A DNA stretch of 64,000 nt, taken from Prorocentrum cordatum (lineage: Eukaryota). The position numbers were made by a program, and so were the translations under genes. The notes beneath the pieces were generated by a model. That model searched no databases and was not told where the DNA came from. It saw nothing but the letters and a program-made list of their open reading frames with translations. How positions within the stretch are numbered: position 1 is the stretch's first letter; each line of letters opens with the position of its first letter. Shown piece after piece: positions 34,961 to 48,827 of the stretch. The stretch is taken from the NCBI GenBank assembly GCA_963575745.1, contig CAUYUJ010000226.1, forward strand, positions 62,001 through 126,000, given 5' to 3'.

Positions 34961-37900
34961 GCCCACGGTGCACGCGAGTTGCCAGGAGTATAATTGCTTG
35001 TTATCTTTCCCGAGCCGTGGATTTTCTTATTATCTGGGTGTGATTATCAGGGGCACTCGGTTACCCATATTTAACATATTGCTACCCCTGCCGTGTTGTC
35101 TCTTTTTGGGCCTCGTGGGAGGCCCGCGCCGCCACCGCTGGATTCGCTTCGAAATCTTTGTCAGAATGCGCCTCAGGAGAGGTCCGGGGAGTAGCGGTAT
35201 TGGTACCTGGTGGTTTACCCATGGAGGAGGGCAAGGAGGAGAAGGGGGAAGAGACTGGCCAACATTACATCATTTTCTCCTCTTCCCATCCGCATCCTTG
35301 CTCTGCCATCTCGCGCCCACGGCACATGAGGTTGAGGCCGGCGCTCAAGCCGCTATCTTCGTGCTTTTTGTGGCGTTCGTGCCATGGGTCTGGCGTTGCC
35401 ACGGAAAAATGAGTGCGCGCCGATCATTTTTTGCAAGAGTAGAGGTTGAATCCACAGGAGGACTGGGGGAGAGGAGAGGGAGGGGGAGGGGGAGAAGGCC
35501 TGGGGGATGGTGAGCAGGATGGGGAGCCGTGCGTAGGATGAGGAGGGGTGAGGCAGGAGGAGGACCGAGGAGGAGTGGGGGAGTTCAGGAGGAGGCGCAG
35601 GGCTGCGGAGTCCTCTGGATGAGGGCTCCAGATGATTTTTTCTGCGGTCCCAGAAAGATGGCCGAGCATTGCACACGCCTCGACGGTGGCGCTCCTCGAT
35701 CCTCCTGGGGGCGGTGGTGGAACCAGGGCGGAGCCTTCTCCGCCGAGCCGCGAGGCCGGCACGGGGAGCTCGTGCGATCCCGACCCAGACCCCCGACGTG
35801 GCGTCCTGGCGCAGCGTCAGCCTCTCGGCGGACTCTTCGCGATGCGGGGCGATAGAGAGGGCGCGGGAGTTGGTGTGGCAGGCAAGGGCCCCGGGAGGGG
35901 CACCAAAAAAGGGGGTTCCTTGGGGCCCCGAAGGTGCATGTCGTGGCGGACCATCAGTATTCTTTCTCCGATCCCCATTCCCATCCCCATCACCTTCGAG
36001 ACCCCACCAGATTACCACCCTGTTCCTCGAAACCCGAAGGGAACGACCTATATCCCCATCTAGGGGGCAAATCGGCCAGTGGGGCCCAGGCCACGCCGCT
36101 GGGGATGGGGATCGGATAAACGATACTCAGACCAACGCTATGAAGTCTTAATCCAAAATTGTCGGTTTTCCGGACCCATGTTTTTCTTAGCGTTTATTGT
36201 TGTTCTTTCCTGCTTCCCCCCCCCCACCTCGTCTTTTTTTGATCGCATGCATGTCTCCTTGGTTTGAGTATCGCGTGCCGTGGGGCGCCGCGCTGCCCAC
36301 GCGCCGTCGTGTCGCATGCATCGTAGGCGAGTCCTGTAGAATGGAGGCGGATCCCTGCCCATGACGAGAGCAGTTAGCGGGCTTACCTCCAGGTGTCCCA
36401 TTGTGGCGTCAACGTAGGATGACATACCGATATCAGCTCATCATATCACTCGATGAAAACAGCGTTGTGCTTGGGATTCGAGGTTTGCTGTTCGTTTTCT
36501 TTTCGTATGGTTGCCTGGGAGATTGCTTGACTTAGAAGAGTAAACGCAGTGTGCTGTAAAGTTTAGGCGCGACCCAGGACTATCATGTTTCTAGATAGTT
36601 ACTTTGTCAGGTCCATTTTGAAAGCTTCGCCGCTGCCTCAAACTCCCCAGCTTAAATGTTCCTGCTCCATTCTTCCCCTGATGTTCCATGTGTCTGCATA
36701 GTGTCCTGTTTCAGGTGCTGTTTACTTCGACATGTGCATTCCCTGTCTACTTCGCTTGCTGAAGCTCCTGCTTACTTTGCGTGCTTAATGTCTTGCTTCA
36801 TTTTCCCGTTGAGTTCATTGCTTTATTTTCCTGCCGCATTTTCCTGCCGAGCTTCCTTCTTAATTCTTCCTGCTGATGCTTCCCTTGAACTGAGTCGTAT
36901 GACATTGGCAGGTTCTGCTAACGTTGATGGCGATATATGTCTTTAGCGACGTCGCTATTAACGCCGCGAAGTTATCGCTAAGTTGGGCACGCCCTGCGTA
37001 TGCCGAAATTTGCGGGACATTCGCGGCGTTAGTTTGCGGGTTCCCGGAGGAAAGCTTGCCGTTGATTTAGGCTCAGGCACTCGCCTAAATTAAGGCAGAC
37101 TGTCGTGTTCCATGCAGCACCAGCTGAATTTTCCCGTTGATGTTTCGTGCCCAATTGTCTTGCGTAAGTTCCTGGTTATCTGTCCTGCTCAAGCTCGCCG
37201 TCTGATGTACCTGATGTGGTTCGCTTGCCGAATATCCTGCTTAATTTTCTGATTAAATGTCGTGCTTGATTTCCTGCTGCGTTTTCATGATGAATTCCCT
37301 GGTTAACGCTCCTGCTTAATATCCCTGTTTAGTTTCCCTGCTTAAGTCTACTGCTTAATTTCCTGTTTGTTATTATCCTGGTTAAGTTCCTGATGAATGG
37401 TGGTGCTTACATTCCCTGCTTTATGTTACCGGTCAATTCCCTGCTGAATTGCCCAGCTTGATTGCGTTGCTTGCTGGTTTATGGTATAAGCTTTATGTTG
37501 GTGCTGATTTGTGTGTTAAGTCCGGGAGCTTACATGTGAATACATTTTTGGGTTGCTTTTGTGTGCTCATCTGTCGTAACAGAAGAACTAGATATTCAGT
37601 ATTCAGCCTGAATGGCTGAACATATTCGCAGCAATCTACTGCAGTCATGTGTGCGCTGGAGATGTTGCACAGGCGTCAGTTCCAGCCTCCATCCCAGCCA
37701 AATCTCCTGCGGTTGTGGCCCCTCCCCACCACCCCTCGCACTGGCAGGAGGCCATATTGGCAAGAGGCGAAATTTCGGTTATCGAGACCTCCGTGGTTTA
37801 CCTCTGCCTACACCCAGAAGTACGGGAACATAGGTACATGTGCCCAAATCACCCGTTCGGGCAACGCGTACGCCTTCGCGACGCAAGACGAAACCATGCA

Positions 37901-38036
37901 AAGCCATCGGTCGTTGAAGCACGTGCAGGCGTACAATCCAAACTGATGGGACGGATAGGTGATCCTCCCACAAGTACTTTTTGCACCCTTGCCCCTTCGG
38001 CAATAGTTGCTTTCTTTCGATGGCCCGCCGCGTTCG

Positions 38037-38038
<2 letters not shown>

Positions 38039-38078
<40 letters not shown>

Positions 38079-38628
38079 CGCACGGCTCGACGCACGCACG
38101 CACGCACGCACGACACGCACGCACACCACACAACACACACACGCACGCACACGGCACGCACGCACGCACGACGCACGCACGCACGCACGCACGCCGCACG
38201 CACGACGCACGCACGACCGCACACACACACACCCACACACACAACACACCCACACAACACACAACACACACGCGCACCCGCACGCGCACGCGCACGCGAC
38301 GCGCACGCGCGCGCCACGCGCACGCGCACGCGCACGCGCACGCGCACGCGCACGCGCTACGCGCACGCGCACGCGCACGCGCACGCGCACGCGCACGCGC
38401 ACGACGCACGCACACGCACACGCACACGCACACGCACACGCACACGCACACGCACACGCACACGCACACGCACACGCACACGCACACGCACACGCACGCA
38501 CACGCGCACGCACGCGCACGCACGCACGCACACACACGCACACGCACACGCACACGCACACGCACACGCACACGCACACGCACACGCACACACGCACACG
38601 CACACACACACACACGCACACACACACT
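38039..38628. repeat. Compound (CA)/(CACG)/(CACGCA) microsatellite
   Basis: Direct inspection. Confidence 0.95.
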
Positions 38629-38872
38629 TCGACACGGGCCATCAAGGGGCTGAACTCCTAACGGCCCCTCCTAAGCGTCAGCTCTGCGCAACGGGAGGGC
38701 GGGTCGCGGGAGGCCGGCGGGAGGATGGAGAGAGCCGCTCCTCTGCGACATCCGCCCGCGCCGTGGCGCCATTCTGCTCGGGCGCTCCCCGCCAGCTGCG
38801 CGCTCCTGCCATCCCCGACGCTGTCCTCCGTGCTTCCTGGTCTGCCCGCAATTCCCCCCGCGCTTCCATGCG

Positions 38873-38907
<35 letters not shown>

Positions 38908-39151
38908 CTCTTTCACTCTCTCTCTCTCTCTCTCTTTCTGTCTCCGTATTCTCTTTCCCGCCTTGCTGACACTCCACGCCTCTCTCTCTCTCTCGTTCTC
39001 GGTCTCTCTCTCTCTCTCTCTTTCCCTCTCTCTCCCCTCTTTGCCGCCCTTTTTTGGTCTCCCTTCATCGCCCCCTTGCATGCGCACCCCCCTCTCCCGA
39101 ATCCTTCGCTGTCCACTCTGACCTGCTGGTGGGTGAGGGTGGCGCGGAGAG

Positions 39152-39394
39152 GTGGTGATCTGTACCATCGTCGCGTGGCCGCTGCTGTCGTGGGCCAACC
39201 AGAACACGGACCCGTCCGTCACGACCGTGTACATGGGCATGCACCCGGTGACGTCCACTTTCATCTCGGCGGCCCTGGTTTGTGTGTACGGCGTCGAGTG
39301 GGGGAGGCGGTTCGACATGGCCCTGCCTGGTTGCAAGGATTTCGGGGTGTTGCTTATCGTCCTTGGTTTGCTGATCACGTTCCGCAGCGAACAG
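39152..39394 (+). CDS. Exon F of EamA/DMT transporter (last TM helices; 3' end uncertain)
   Basis: VVICTIVAWPLLSWANQNTDPSVTTVYMGMHPVTSTFISAAL...LPGCKDFGVLLIVLGLLITFRSEQ matches the EamA C-terminal pattern (W....PS....Y...PV...G.LLIV.GL); AG|G acceptor; probable CAG|GC donor at 39395. Confidence 0.8.
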
Positions 39395-39944
39395 GCGTCC
39401 GGATGGAGGAGGAGGAGGAGGGGCAAGATTCAGAGGAGTCGGCGGATGAGGACGCAGAGTTGGATGACGACGCGGAGTGAGATGAGCAAAAAGGAATTGC
39501 GTGATGAGGAGACGACGGGGGTGACGTCTCCGCATCGAGCAGAACCAGGGGCCTGCCTTGCCAGGCTCTTCGCGCCCATCACCGATCACCCCAGGATGCA
39601 CACTTCGAGGTAGGTAGTCACTGTGATGCTCGTTCAAGCACGGCGCCTTTCTCCTCCACTCCACCATCTTCAGACAATGGGAGAAGCTGGACACGTTGCA
39701 GCACCAGATCAGTTAGAAGATCCCTTCTCGCTTAGAGTGTGTTGAGACGTACCCGTCCGACCATGCCGGCATCCTTGGAAACCCGAGGGAGATTCCATCG
39801 TAGGGAGTAGGAGGAGGAAGAGGAGGAGGAGGAGGAGGGGGAGGAGGAGGAGGAGGGCGGAGGAGGAGGAGAGGAGGGACGAGGAGGAGGAGGAGGAGGA
39901 GGAGGAGGAGGAGGAGGAGGAGGGGGAGGAGGGGGGGAGGAGGA

Positions 39945-39977
<33 letters not shown>

Positions 39978-42281
39978 GAGGAGGAGGATGGAGGAGGAGG
40001 AGGAGGAGGAGGAGGAGGAGGAGGAGGAGGAGGAGGAGGAGGATAACGACGAAAGCCGGTTTATCTGCCCCCAGCCGCCGCATGCAATTGACCTTGACAG
40101 TGAGCCCCGAGGAGTGTGTGGCGCTGACACCGTGAGAACAGGTGCCAGGGCCCCACCCTCGGGGCAAGGAGGAGGAGGAGGAGGAGGAGGAGGAGGAGGA
40201 GGAGGAGGATTGGCCACGCAGGAGGAGGAGGAGGAGGAGGAGGAGGGGGGAGGAGGGGGGGAGGAGGTAGGAGGAGGAGGAGGAGGAGGGGAGGAGGAGG
40301 AGGAGGAGAGGAGGAGGAGGAGGAGGAGGAGGAGGAGGAGGAGGAGGAGGAGGAGGGAGGAGGAGGAGGAGGAGGAGGAGGCGGGGGGGGGGGGGAGGTA
40401 GGAGGAGGAGGAGGAGGAGGAGGAGGAGGAGGAGGAGGAGGAGGAGGCGGAGGCGGAGGAGGGAGGAGGAGGAGGAGGAGGAGGAGGAGGAGGAGGAGGA
40501 GGAGGAAGAAGAAGAAGAAGACGAAGAAGACGAAGAAGACGAAGAAGAAGAAGAAGAAGAATAAGAAGAAGAAGAAGAAGAAGAATAAGAAGAATAATAA
40601 TAATAAGAAGAAGAAGAAGAAGAATAATAAGAAGAAGAAGAAGAATAATAAGAAGAAGAAGAACAGGAGGAGGAGGAGGAGGAGGAGGAGGGGGAGTAGG
40701 GGGTTATAGAAGAACCTGCGTGTGCGGGCCAGCTCATGCGGGTATCCTGACCCCCACTGTTGCAGGGCCGTCGGCAGTCCTCGAGGCTCGGACAGACTGA
40801 AGCAGCCCGCTGCAGGCGCCGAGCTGTTAGCACCTGCCACAGCTAGCTTTGTGGAGGACGATCAATGGAGAGGAAGTTAGTTGTCAAATAATTTCCACAT
40901 GTCCAGAACATGTGCGAAAGCTAATAAAACATGTGAAAACGTGTTGCAAACATATTCAGGACATTTCTCCGACAGTTTGAACACATGTTTAATTCGATGC
41001 TAGGACTGTTAGGGTGTCCATTGTCGTGGCATCCACAAAGCTGGCTGGCCTCGGGCGCCGATTATTGGACAACGCAACGCGGGTGGACTGCGGCGCGGGT
41101 CGCGGGTGGGTCGCCGGTGGCGGGCGTGTCGTGGGCGAGAGCGACAAATTATCAGAGCGACGATCCGCACCGCGGAACCGGGCTCCTGCCACACACCCAG
41201 CGACGGTCTATGACCGTTCGGTTTCCTCACTCTGACAATGTCTATGTCGCTTGGGTCCGTTCCCCAGTCCCCCAGTCTGAAGTCGTTGGCACGGGGGCAA
41301 TCCTTGGTTTTCCACCGCGTCTGGGGCGCGCGTAGGCCATCCAGCAGCAATGCGAGGGTGACGCAATCACGTTTGCCCGAGAGGTGGAAGGAGGAAGGAC
41401 ACTGAGAAGCGAAGGACGAGGGATTAGGAGGAGGGAGGAGGAGGAGGAGCTGGAGGATGAGGAGGAGGATCATATTCGGTTCCAGAGTTTCCATCGACCT
41501 GTCAGTGCGCGTCTTGGTTTTCACGTGATCCTGTCAAATGCAGTGTGATGCGTCGGAGTGAGTTCCGACCGAACTATAAGCCCATTAACCGAGCAGTAGA
41601 AGAAACAGGGGGAGGGATGAGGCGACGCGATAGTTCCCTCTCTCCGCACTCCTTCCCATCTACAACCCCTCGCGGCATCAAGGCGAAGCGGGAGCGCACG
41701 AGCAGCGGCATGAAGTGACCTGAGCGATACGGGGCGATGGAGGCTCAATAAGAATGAGGCACAGCAGCCTCAGTAGGACGGAAGTCGCCAGTCCCTTCTA
41801 AAGTCCAAGACATAGTATATCTATTGTCTCCCCCCTCTTTCCCTCGTCTTGCCCCACCCGCTCGGTACCCTTCTCCCTCCACTCTCCATCCTACTTGCCC
41901 CTCCTCTTCCCCTCCACCTGCGTCTTTCCGCTTCCCGCGTCCTCCTCACTACCCATCCTCTATGCCCATGTCTCTCCCTCCCTCCCTATCCTTTCTCTTT
42001 TTTTTTTTTTTTCTCTCTCTCTCTCTCTCTCTCTGTCTCTCCTTTTCAAGAGAAGACCAGAGGAAGGCAGGAGAAGGCGCGAAGCCTGCTGCTCCTCGGG
42101 ATCTGACATGGCACCCGGTTCTCGAATGACACGCCACATAGAAGGCTCAGAGCCACGAGGTATTGGCACGTTGGAGATTTCAGTATACCTCGTCCACCTT
42201 CCGTTTCGCTGCCAAGTTTTATTGGTGTCTCGCTGGGGAGGGAGGGCACGGACCGTCGCTGTTTTTTTTTGCGAGCGGAGC

Positions 42282-42457
42282 GCACCACCCACCAAACCAC
42301 CCCAACCCAACCCGAAGGCTCAGATTGACCCTCGATTTCCAGTGGGGGGGGGTCGGGAAACGTCGAAAAGACACATGTGGAACCCTTACCCCCTCCCCCA
42401 ACTCGAAATTCGAAATTGGGGTCTTCGGGTTGGGTTGGGGTGGTCTGGGAGGTAGTC
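42282..42457. mobile_element. Family D element, second copy
   Basis: Near-identical to 26013-26177. Confidence 0.7.
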
Positions 42458-42510
42458 AGGTTCGCTGCACGTGCCTCCGTCACGACACGTCGGCAACACT
42501 GTCAGGGAAT

Positions 42511-42687
42511 TGATGGGTGTGTTTTCCACCACCACCACCATAAGTTGGAGGGGGGTCCTCCTCCTCCTCCTCCTCCTCCTCCTCCTCCTCGTCCTCTTCG
42601 TCCTCCTCCTCCTCGCCCTCCTCCTCGCCCTCCTCCTCCTTCCCCCCTTCCAACTTATGGTGGTGGTGGTGGAAAACAGGCTCATCA
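42511..42687. mobile_element. Family B MITE
   Basis: Same TIRs; TSD GGAAT. Confidence 0.9.
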
Positions 42688-42989
42688 GGAATGACCAACC
42701 GAATCCGTGGCTCTCTCGGGTGGGTTGCGCATTCATCTGAAATCTCGCGTTTCCTCGTGCGTCATCGCCGGTATTTGTCACCGTTCCCGCTGCCTTTGCT
42801 TCAGCTGTTAGTGCTAGAGCGACCGGAGGTGACGCGGAACCCCCCTGCCGGCAAGTAAAGTAGAAGTGAAGCGGAACCCCCTTACTGGCAAGCCGGTTTC
42901 GGTTTCGTGCCGGTGCCGTCCGTGCGGGCGGGGCGATGCTGCGCGCGCGGGCGAGAGGAGTGATAGCGCCGCTGCCAGGCCCTTGTCCC

Positions 42990-43572
42990 GTGGTTGTCCC
43001 GATGGTCCCATGGTTGTCTTGATGGTTGTCCCGAGGGTTGTTCTCATGGTTGTCCCGATGGTTGCCCCGATGGATGTCCCGATGGTTGTCCCGATGGTTG
43101 TCTTGATGTTTGTCCCGATTGGTTTCCCGAGGGTGGTCCCGATGGTTGGTCTGATGGTTGTTGTCTCGATTGTTGTTCCGATGGTTGGCCCGATGGCTGT
43201 TCCGATGGTTGTCCCGATGGTTGTCCCGACTGTTGCCTCGATGGTTGTCTCGATGGGTTTCCCGATGATTGGCTGGATGGTTGTCCCGACTGTTGTCTTG
43301 ATGAATGTCCCGAAGGTTGTTCCGATGGTTACCCTCTGTGCCGATGGTTGTCACATGTTTGTCCCGGAGGTTGACCCGATGGCTGTCCGAATTGTTGTCC
43401 CGATGGTTTTCCCAGTGATTGTCTCGATTGTTGCCCCGATTGTTGTCCCGATTGTTGTCCCAATGGTTGTCCCGATTGTTGTGCCGGGGTTGTCCCGATG
43501 GTTGAACCGTTGGTTGTTACGACGGTAGGCCCGATTGGTGTCCCGATAGTTGATCCGATGGTTGTCCCGATG
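42990..43572. repeat. 12-bp minisatellite GATGGTTGTCCC
   Basis: Many degenerate copies; short relative at ~44480-44535. Confidence 0.9.
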
Positions 43573-45213
43573 GAGAGATAGTGAGATTCATATATCGACA
43601 GTGAGATCGATAGATCCATGGAATCGTGAGGTTTATATGGGGATCAATTGATTGTGATATCGATAGGTTCACAGTGAGGTTGACATTTAGTCAGTGAGGT
43701 GGACAGGTCGATAGTGAGATCGATAAGTGTATATCGGAGGTTTGGGTGTGAGTTCGGAGTGACACGGAAACTGAGACCCCACACCAGGAGCTCTGTTTCG
43801 GTTTCGTGTTCGTGTCGTGCGAGCGGGTGAGGCGAAGCTGCGTGGACGGGCGAGAGGAAAGAACTCGCCGTGGCTGGGGCGAAGTTGAGCTCAATGACTC
43901 TACGCTCCCTGCTTGGCCGGAGGTGGCTCGGGGGTGTCTCGCTGGTGTCCCGTGGTTCCCAGTGGCGCGGTGTCCCATGGTGTCTTGTGGTGTCCCGGGG
44001 CGTGGTGTTCCGCTTTGCCCAACTGGTTTCCCATGTCGTCCCGTGGTGTCCCGAGAGGCCGATTGTGAGATGGATCGACAAATGGATAGTTTGATTCACG
44101 GTGAGGTCGATTGTCAAGTTTGAAGATATTATCATCGATCCATGGAGGGAGATCGATAGTGAGATCGATAGGTATGTATAGAGAGTGGGATCGATAGATA
44201 GATGAAGAAACAGGTGATCCGTGGTGCTCAACTGGTTTCCACCGAATCCGATCCGACCCCAACTGCACACCGAAAGCTAAACTCCACCCACAACCTCTGT
44301 ATCACCCGAAAGGAGGTCATGTATATACATATATATATATATACAAAGGCCGATAGTGAGAACGGCACATAGAAGCACCGGTATAAGGAGCACACAACGA
44401 TTGATGGTGGGATTGGGAGATCGATAGTGATGCCGACATCTGTTGTTCAGACGGAGCAAAGTTGTTCGATGGAAGGTGACGGTTGTCCCGATGGTTGTCT
44501 TGTCGTTGGAAGACGGTTGTCCCGATGGTTGTCTTGGCTTGTAGATAGATGTTGTTGCCGATATTGCCGCCTCTACGGGTGTCTTCCTCGTTACATGGTC
44601 TGTTGGTGATTCGAGATTGATGCATGTTGACGCTACTCCGACCCATGGTCATTCTACATTACATGTTGCTGCATTGCGTTGCATATCCTCACCGTTTTCT
44701 GCAAGCGCGCACATCACAAGTGCGCATGAACCTCACCCTTGCCCTCGACCCTGTCCCCCGAGAACCCCAGCGCCCAAGAGGCCTCTGGACCCTCCAGGAC
44801 TCTTGATGACCTCCCGAGCCCACCCCGCTCTCCCCGTTCCCACACCCTCATCATGTGTTAGGCCTCGCTTGTTTTGGAAGTTCAAGGCTCTGTGGCCCGT
44901 TTTGCCTGCTCGGAGGGTCCTTTTCGACCTCTGGGACCCTCGTTCTCGGTCGGTGCTCGGGCCCCCCTCGGTCTCTCATCGTCTCCAGCCTGTGCTCTAG
45001 CGGTTTCCGCAGCGCGAGGCGCTGAGCGAAGTCCGGGTCAAAATCCTCCCCCTCTCTCTCAGGCAGGCTGACTCAGCCCCCGCAGCCCAGGCCGGGCAGC
45101 CCCTGCGCTCCCTTACTTTTTTTTGTGCAGGGCCAGGGCGTCGTTCTTTTCCGGCCTCACGGCGCCGCGGGCGCGCAGGATGAAGGCCCGACCGGCGGCG
45201 GGTAGGCAGTTGG

Positions 45214-45376
45214 TCAGGAGGGGAAGAAACACACAGACACAAGTAATCGTCGAGTGCCAGGAAAATATAGGAAAATATGGGAATTGGGCGGGACGACAAA
45301 AATCCAGAAAATATCGGAAAATATGGGGAATCATTTTATTTGTGTGTATTTATTTGTGTGTCCCAGGGCCCCTTCA
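45214..45376 (+). mobile_element. Family A element
   Basis: Same ends; TSD GTTGG. Confidence 0.85.
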
Positions 45377-45739
45377 GTTGGGTGGAGGGGAGGTGTGAAA
45401 GGGCCATGCTTTTGCCACTGCCGGGCGCCCGTTTGCGATGGTAAGCTTTGGAGGAGGCGGAGGACAAGGAGGAGTGATAGAGAGGATGGACGAGGAAGAG
45501 GCGCGAGCGGACGGAGCGGATGAACGAGGGGCATGTGGAGGGCAGGGACGAGGCAGGGTCAGTGGAGAGGATGACGAGGAGGAGGGGGATGAGTGGCAAG
45601 AGGAGGATGATGAGTCATAGGAGGCGGAATTCGCTGGAATTTGTTGGACATGTGGAAGACGGGGAGAAATATTGATGGGAAGAGGAGCGGGGAACGGATG
45701 GGGGCAATGATATGGGGATGGTAAAGGAGGCGGGTATTT

Positions 45740-46850
45740 GTGTTGTTGATGATGATAGTGATGCTGATGGTGATGATGATTTTGGTGGTGACGGTGATGT
45801 TGATGGTGATGGTTACAGCGATGATGATGATAATGTTTGTGGTGGTAGAGGTGTTGGTGGCAGTGGTGGTACTGTTGGTGGCGATGATGTGTTCTGGTCG
45901 AGGTCAAGATCTTACAACGGATATTGAAGAGAACGAGGATGATGGTTATGATAATGAGGTGGTTGATGTTGGTAAGAACGATACTCAGAGTGATAGTGAT
46001 TATGATCATGATGACGGCAATGATGATGATGACGATTATGATGATGTTGATGTTGATGATGATGGTAGTGATGTTGAGGATGATGATGTCGGTGATAATG
46101 ATGACGACGGCTACGATGGCGGTGACCATGACGATCCTTACGATACTGACGGTACTGACGGTGGCTGTGATGTCGACGATGATGATGATGACGGTTATGA
46201 TGATGGTGGTGACGATAAAAATAATGATGATGATAATGACGTTGATGTTGAGTATGATGATAATCAATGTTGTGTTGATTATGGTGATGTTGAAGATGGT
46301 GTTGGTGTTGCTGATGGTGACACCGACGATGCCGATGATGATGCTGATTATGATGGTGGCGGCGATGATGATTGTAATGACGATGATGCTGATACTGGTG
46401 ATGGTGATGCTGACGGTGGTGATGTTGATGATGTTGATGATGATGTTGATGATGGTGATTCTGATGATGAGGAGGTTGGTGTTGATGATGCTGATGCTGT
46501 TTTGTTTATGATGCTGCTGATGATGCTGATGATGATGACGATGATGATGTTGGTGACGATGATGGTGATGATGATGATGATGGTGGTGATGAAGATGATG
46601 ATGCGAATGATGATGATGACGATGACGATGACGATGATGATGATGATGGATGATGGGTGATGGATGATGATGATGATGATGATGGTGGTGATGATGATGA
46701 TGATGATGATGATGCGGATGCGGATGTGGATGCGGATGATGATGATGCTGATGATGATGATGTTGTTGTTGTTGTTGTTGTTGTTGATGATGATGATGAT
46801 TCCGATGATAATGCTGTCGACGGTAATGATGGTGATCATGACGATGATGA
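45740..46850. repeat. Degenerate (GAT)n tract (another at ~20220-20700)
   Basis: Direct inspection. Confidence 0.9.
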
Positions 46851-48682
46851 GGGTGTTGTGGAGTTCTCGGAGGAGGAAGCGGAGGTGGAAGCGGAGGAGG
46901 AAGAGGATGAGGAAGCCGATTTTCGGAATTCCACGCGGATTTCCCAAAGTTTGTGCGTTTGAGCGGGTTCTTCTTCTTGTAGGGATGGAGTCGATAGCCC
47001 AGGGTCCGATGTCGCGCGAAAAAAACAACGACGTCGCGTTCTCGGGAAGGACGGGGTCCTCCCCCCCCTTCTCGATTCCTGTCGGGCGGTGCTGGGACAA
47101 GGATTACTCCGTTGCAGAGCGTTCCAGAACGCTCTCCGAGCGTCCTGGACCGCTCTGGCAAGGGCCGCGGCGCCCGAGACATCCTCCAGAGGCGCCGGAT
47201 CGCAGAGATTCCCGATTTTTCCTCGCCCGATGTTGTCTTCGTGCCGGCTTCGTGGTATCCTGGGCTACTGGGGCCGCCCTGGTCGTCGTGGCTCGACGCG
47301 TGCCCGCAGGCGTGCCAGGTGCCACTGGAGGGGTCGTCGGGCCAGATCTCTCCGTGGACTCTGGTGGCGGGGAGGGGCAAGGGCGGAGAGGAGGAGTCGG
47401 TGGTTCAAAGGTGGGGTCCTGAGGGATGGGGTCCTGAGGACGAGGTGCCCCAAACAGCGTGAAGCCTCCCTCAAATCCCTTTCTATCCTCGGGCCCCGTC
47501 CCTTAGGATCCCATCTTTGGACCACCGCGGGAGGGCGGAGGGAGTCGTCATCAGGAGGGGCGGAGGAGGGTGGAGCGCGGAGAGAGACGGCCACGCGCAG
47601 GGGGGAGGTAGGGGGAGGGGGGAGGCTCCGTAGAAGCTCCCCTGCTTCATAAAGGCGCGGGCCTTGTCTGTAGATTCGGGGTCCGCGCCTCTGAGAAGCA
47701 GCCTCCTAGGAAGCCTTCCTCCCTCTCCCTGCCCCTTTGCGCGCGCCACCAATGGAGAGGAGGGAGGAGGGGATCCTGGCCTCCCAGATGGTGTCGGGGC
47801 AGACGAGGTCGGAGGATCGCGCCGCACCGCCGATGCCTCGGCGATGCGGCTCGATGTGGAGCCCGGCTTTCGCCACGCCGACGGCGCCGATGCATCGGGA
47901 ATGCGGCGTGGTTCTCCGGCCCCATCTACTCGGACCCCATCCAGGGCGTTTCTAGGGGAAGGGTGACAGGGTGGCACAGAGCGCGTTCCACTACTCGCCA
48001 AGTGCCTACTCGCAAACGTCCGAGCAAAACACACATGTCTGCATCGATGTTGTGTATCTTAAACCCTCGATGGTGGATCCAATAGTGGAACGCGCTTGTC
48101 TGGTATCCTTTTGAAGCGCTCATGGGGTTTCTTCGGCGCATGCTGGGCCGTCTTGGGGCCATCTTGGGCGTCTTGGAGCGCCCTTGGACTGCCCTGGAGG
48201 CCTCTTGGGCGTTTCATGGGGCCCTCCTGGCCTGCCTCGGGGCTTTGTGGCCTCAGGAGAATCCTTCGACGTCGTCCAGGACCCCAGGCAGGGCTCGTTG
48301 CGATTCCTCCGATTCGATCCGATTCGATTTCGATGGGTTCCGATTCCGATTCCGTTGGACTTGGGATTCCGATTTGGGTTCCGATTTCTCGTCGGAGGGC
48401 TACTAGCCTGCCGATTTCCACCGATTCGACTTTTTCCGACTTGGCTGCCGATTTCCGCCGATCCGATTCATTTCGATCGCCGATTCGACTTGCCGATTCG
48501 ATGCTGGGCTCTCCTGCCCCAGGAGTATCCTTCGATGTCGTCCTCTCCCCGCTTCGCCCAGCCGGGTCTCTCCGTCCCTGCCCTTCCCTGCGCCCTCCCT
48601 GCCCCCGCGCCCACGTTCCCCGCCCACCCTGCTTCCCCTCCTCGCACCATCCCCTTCCGCCGCCCCAGAGATCCAACTTATT

Positions 48683-48827
48683 TGATGGGCCTGGTTTCCA
48701 CCACCACCACCATAAGTTGGAGGGGGAGGGGGTCCTCCTCCTCCTCCTCCACCTCCTCCTCCTCCTCCTCATCCTCCTCCTTCCCCCCTCCAGCTTACGG
48801 TGGTGGTGGTGGAAAACAGGCCCATCA
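48683..48827. mobile_element. Family B MITE
   Basis: Same TIRs; TSD TTATT. Confidence 0.9.

Noticed and set aside
37600..37950. Non-repetitive stretch with 73-99 aa ORFs
   Set aside because: No recognisable motif or GC3 bias; possibly a decayed TE fragment.
42050..42130. Possible terminal exon of the EamA gene after a CT tract
   Set aside because: Several acceptors and frames fit equally and no motif discriminates; needs transcript data.
45374..47422. 668-aa His/Ile-rich and Asp/Met-rich ORFs
   Set aside because: Frames of a degenerate (GAT)n tract.
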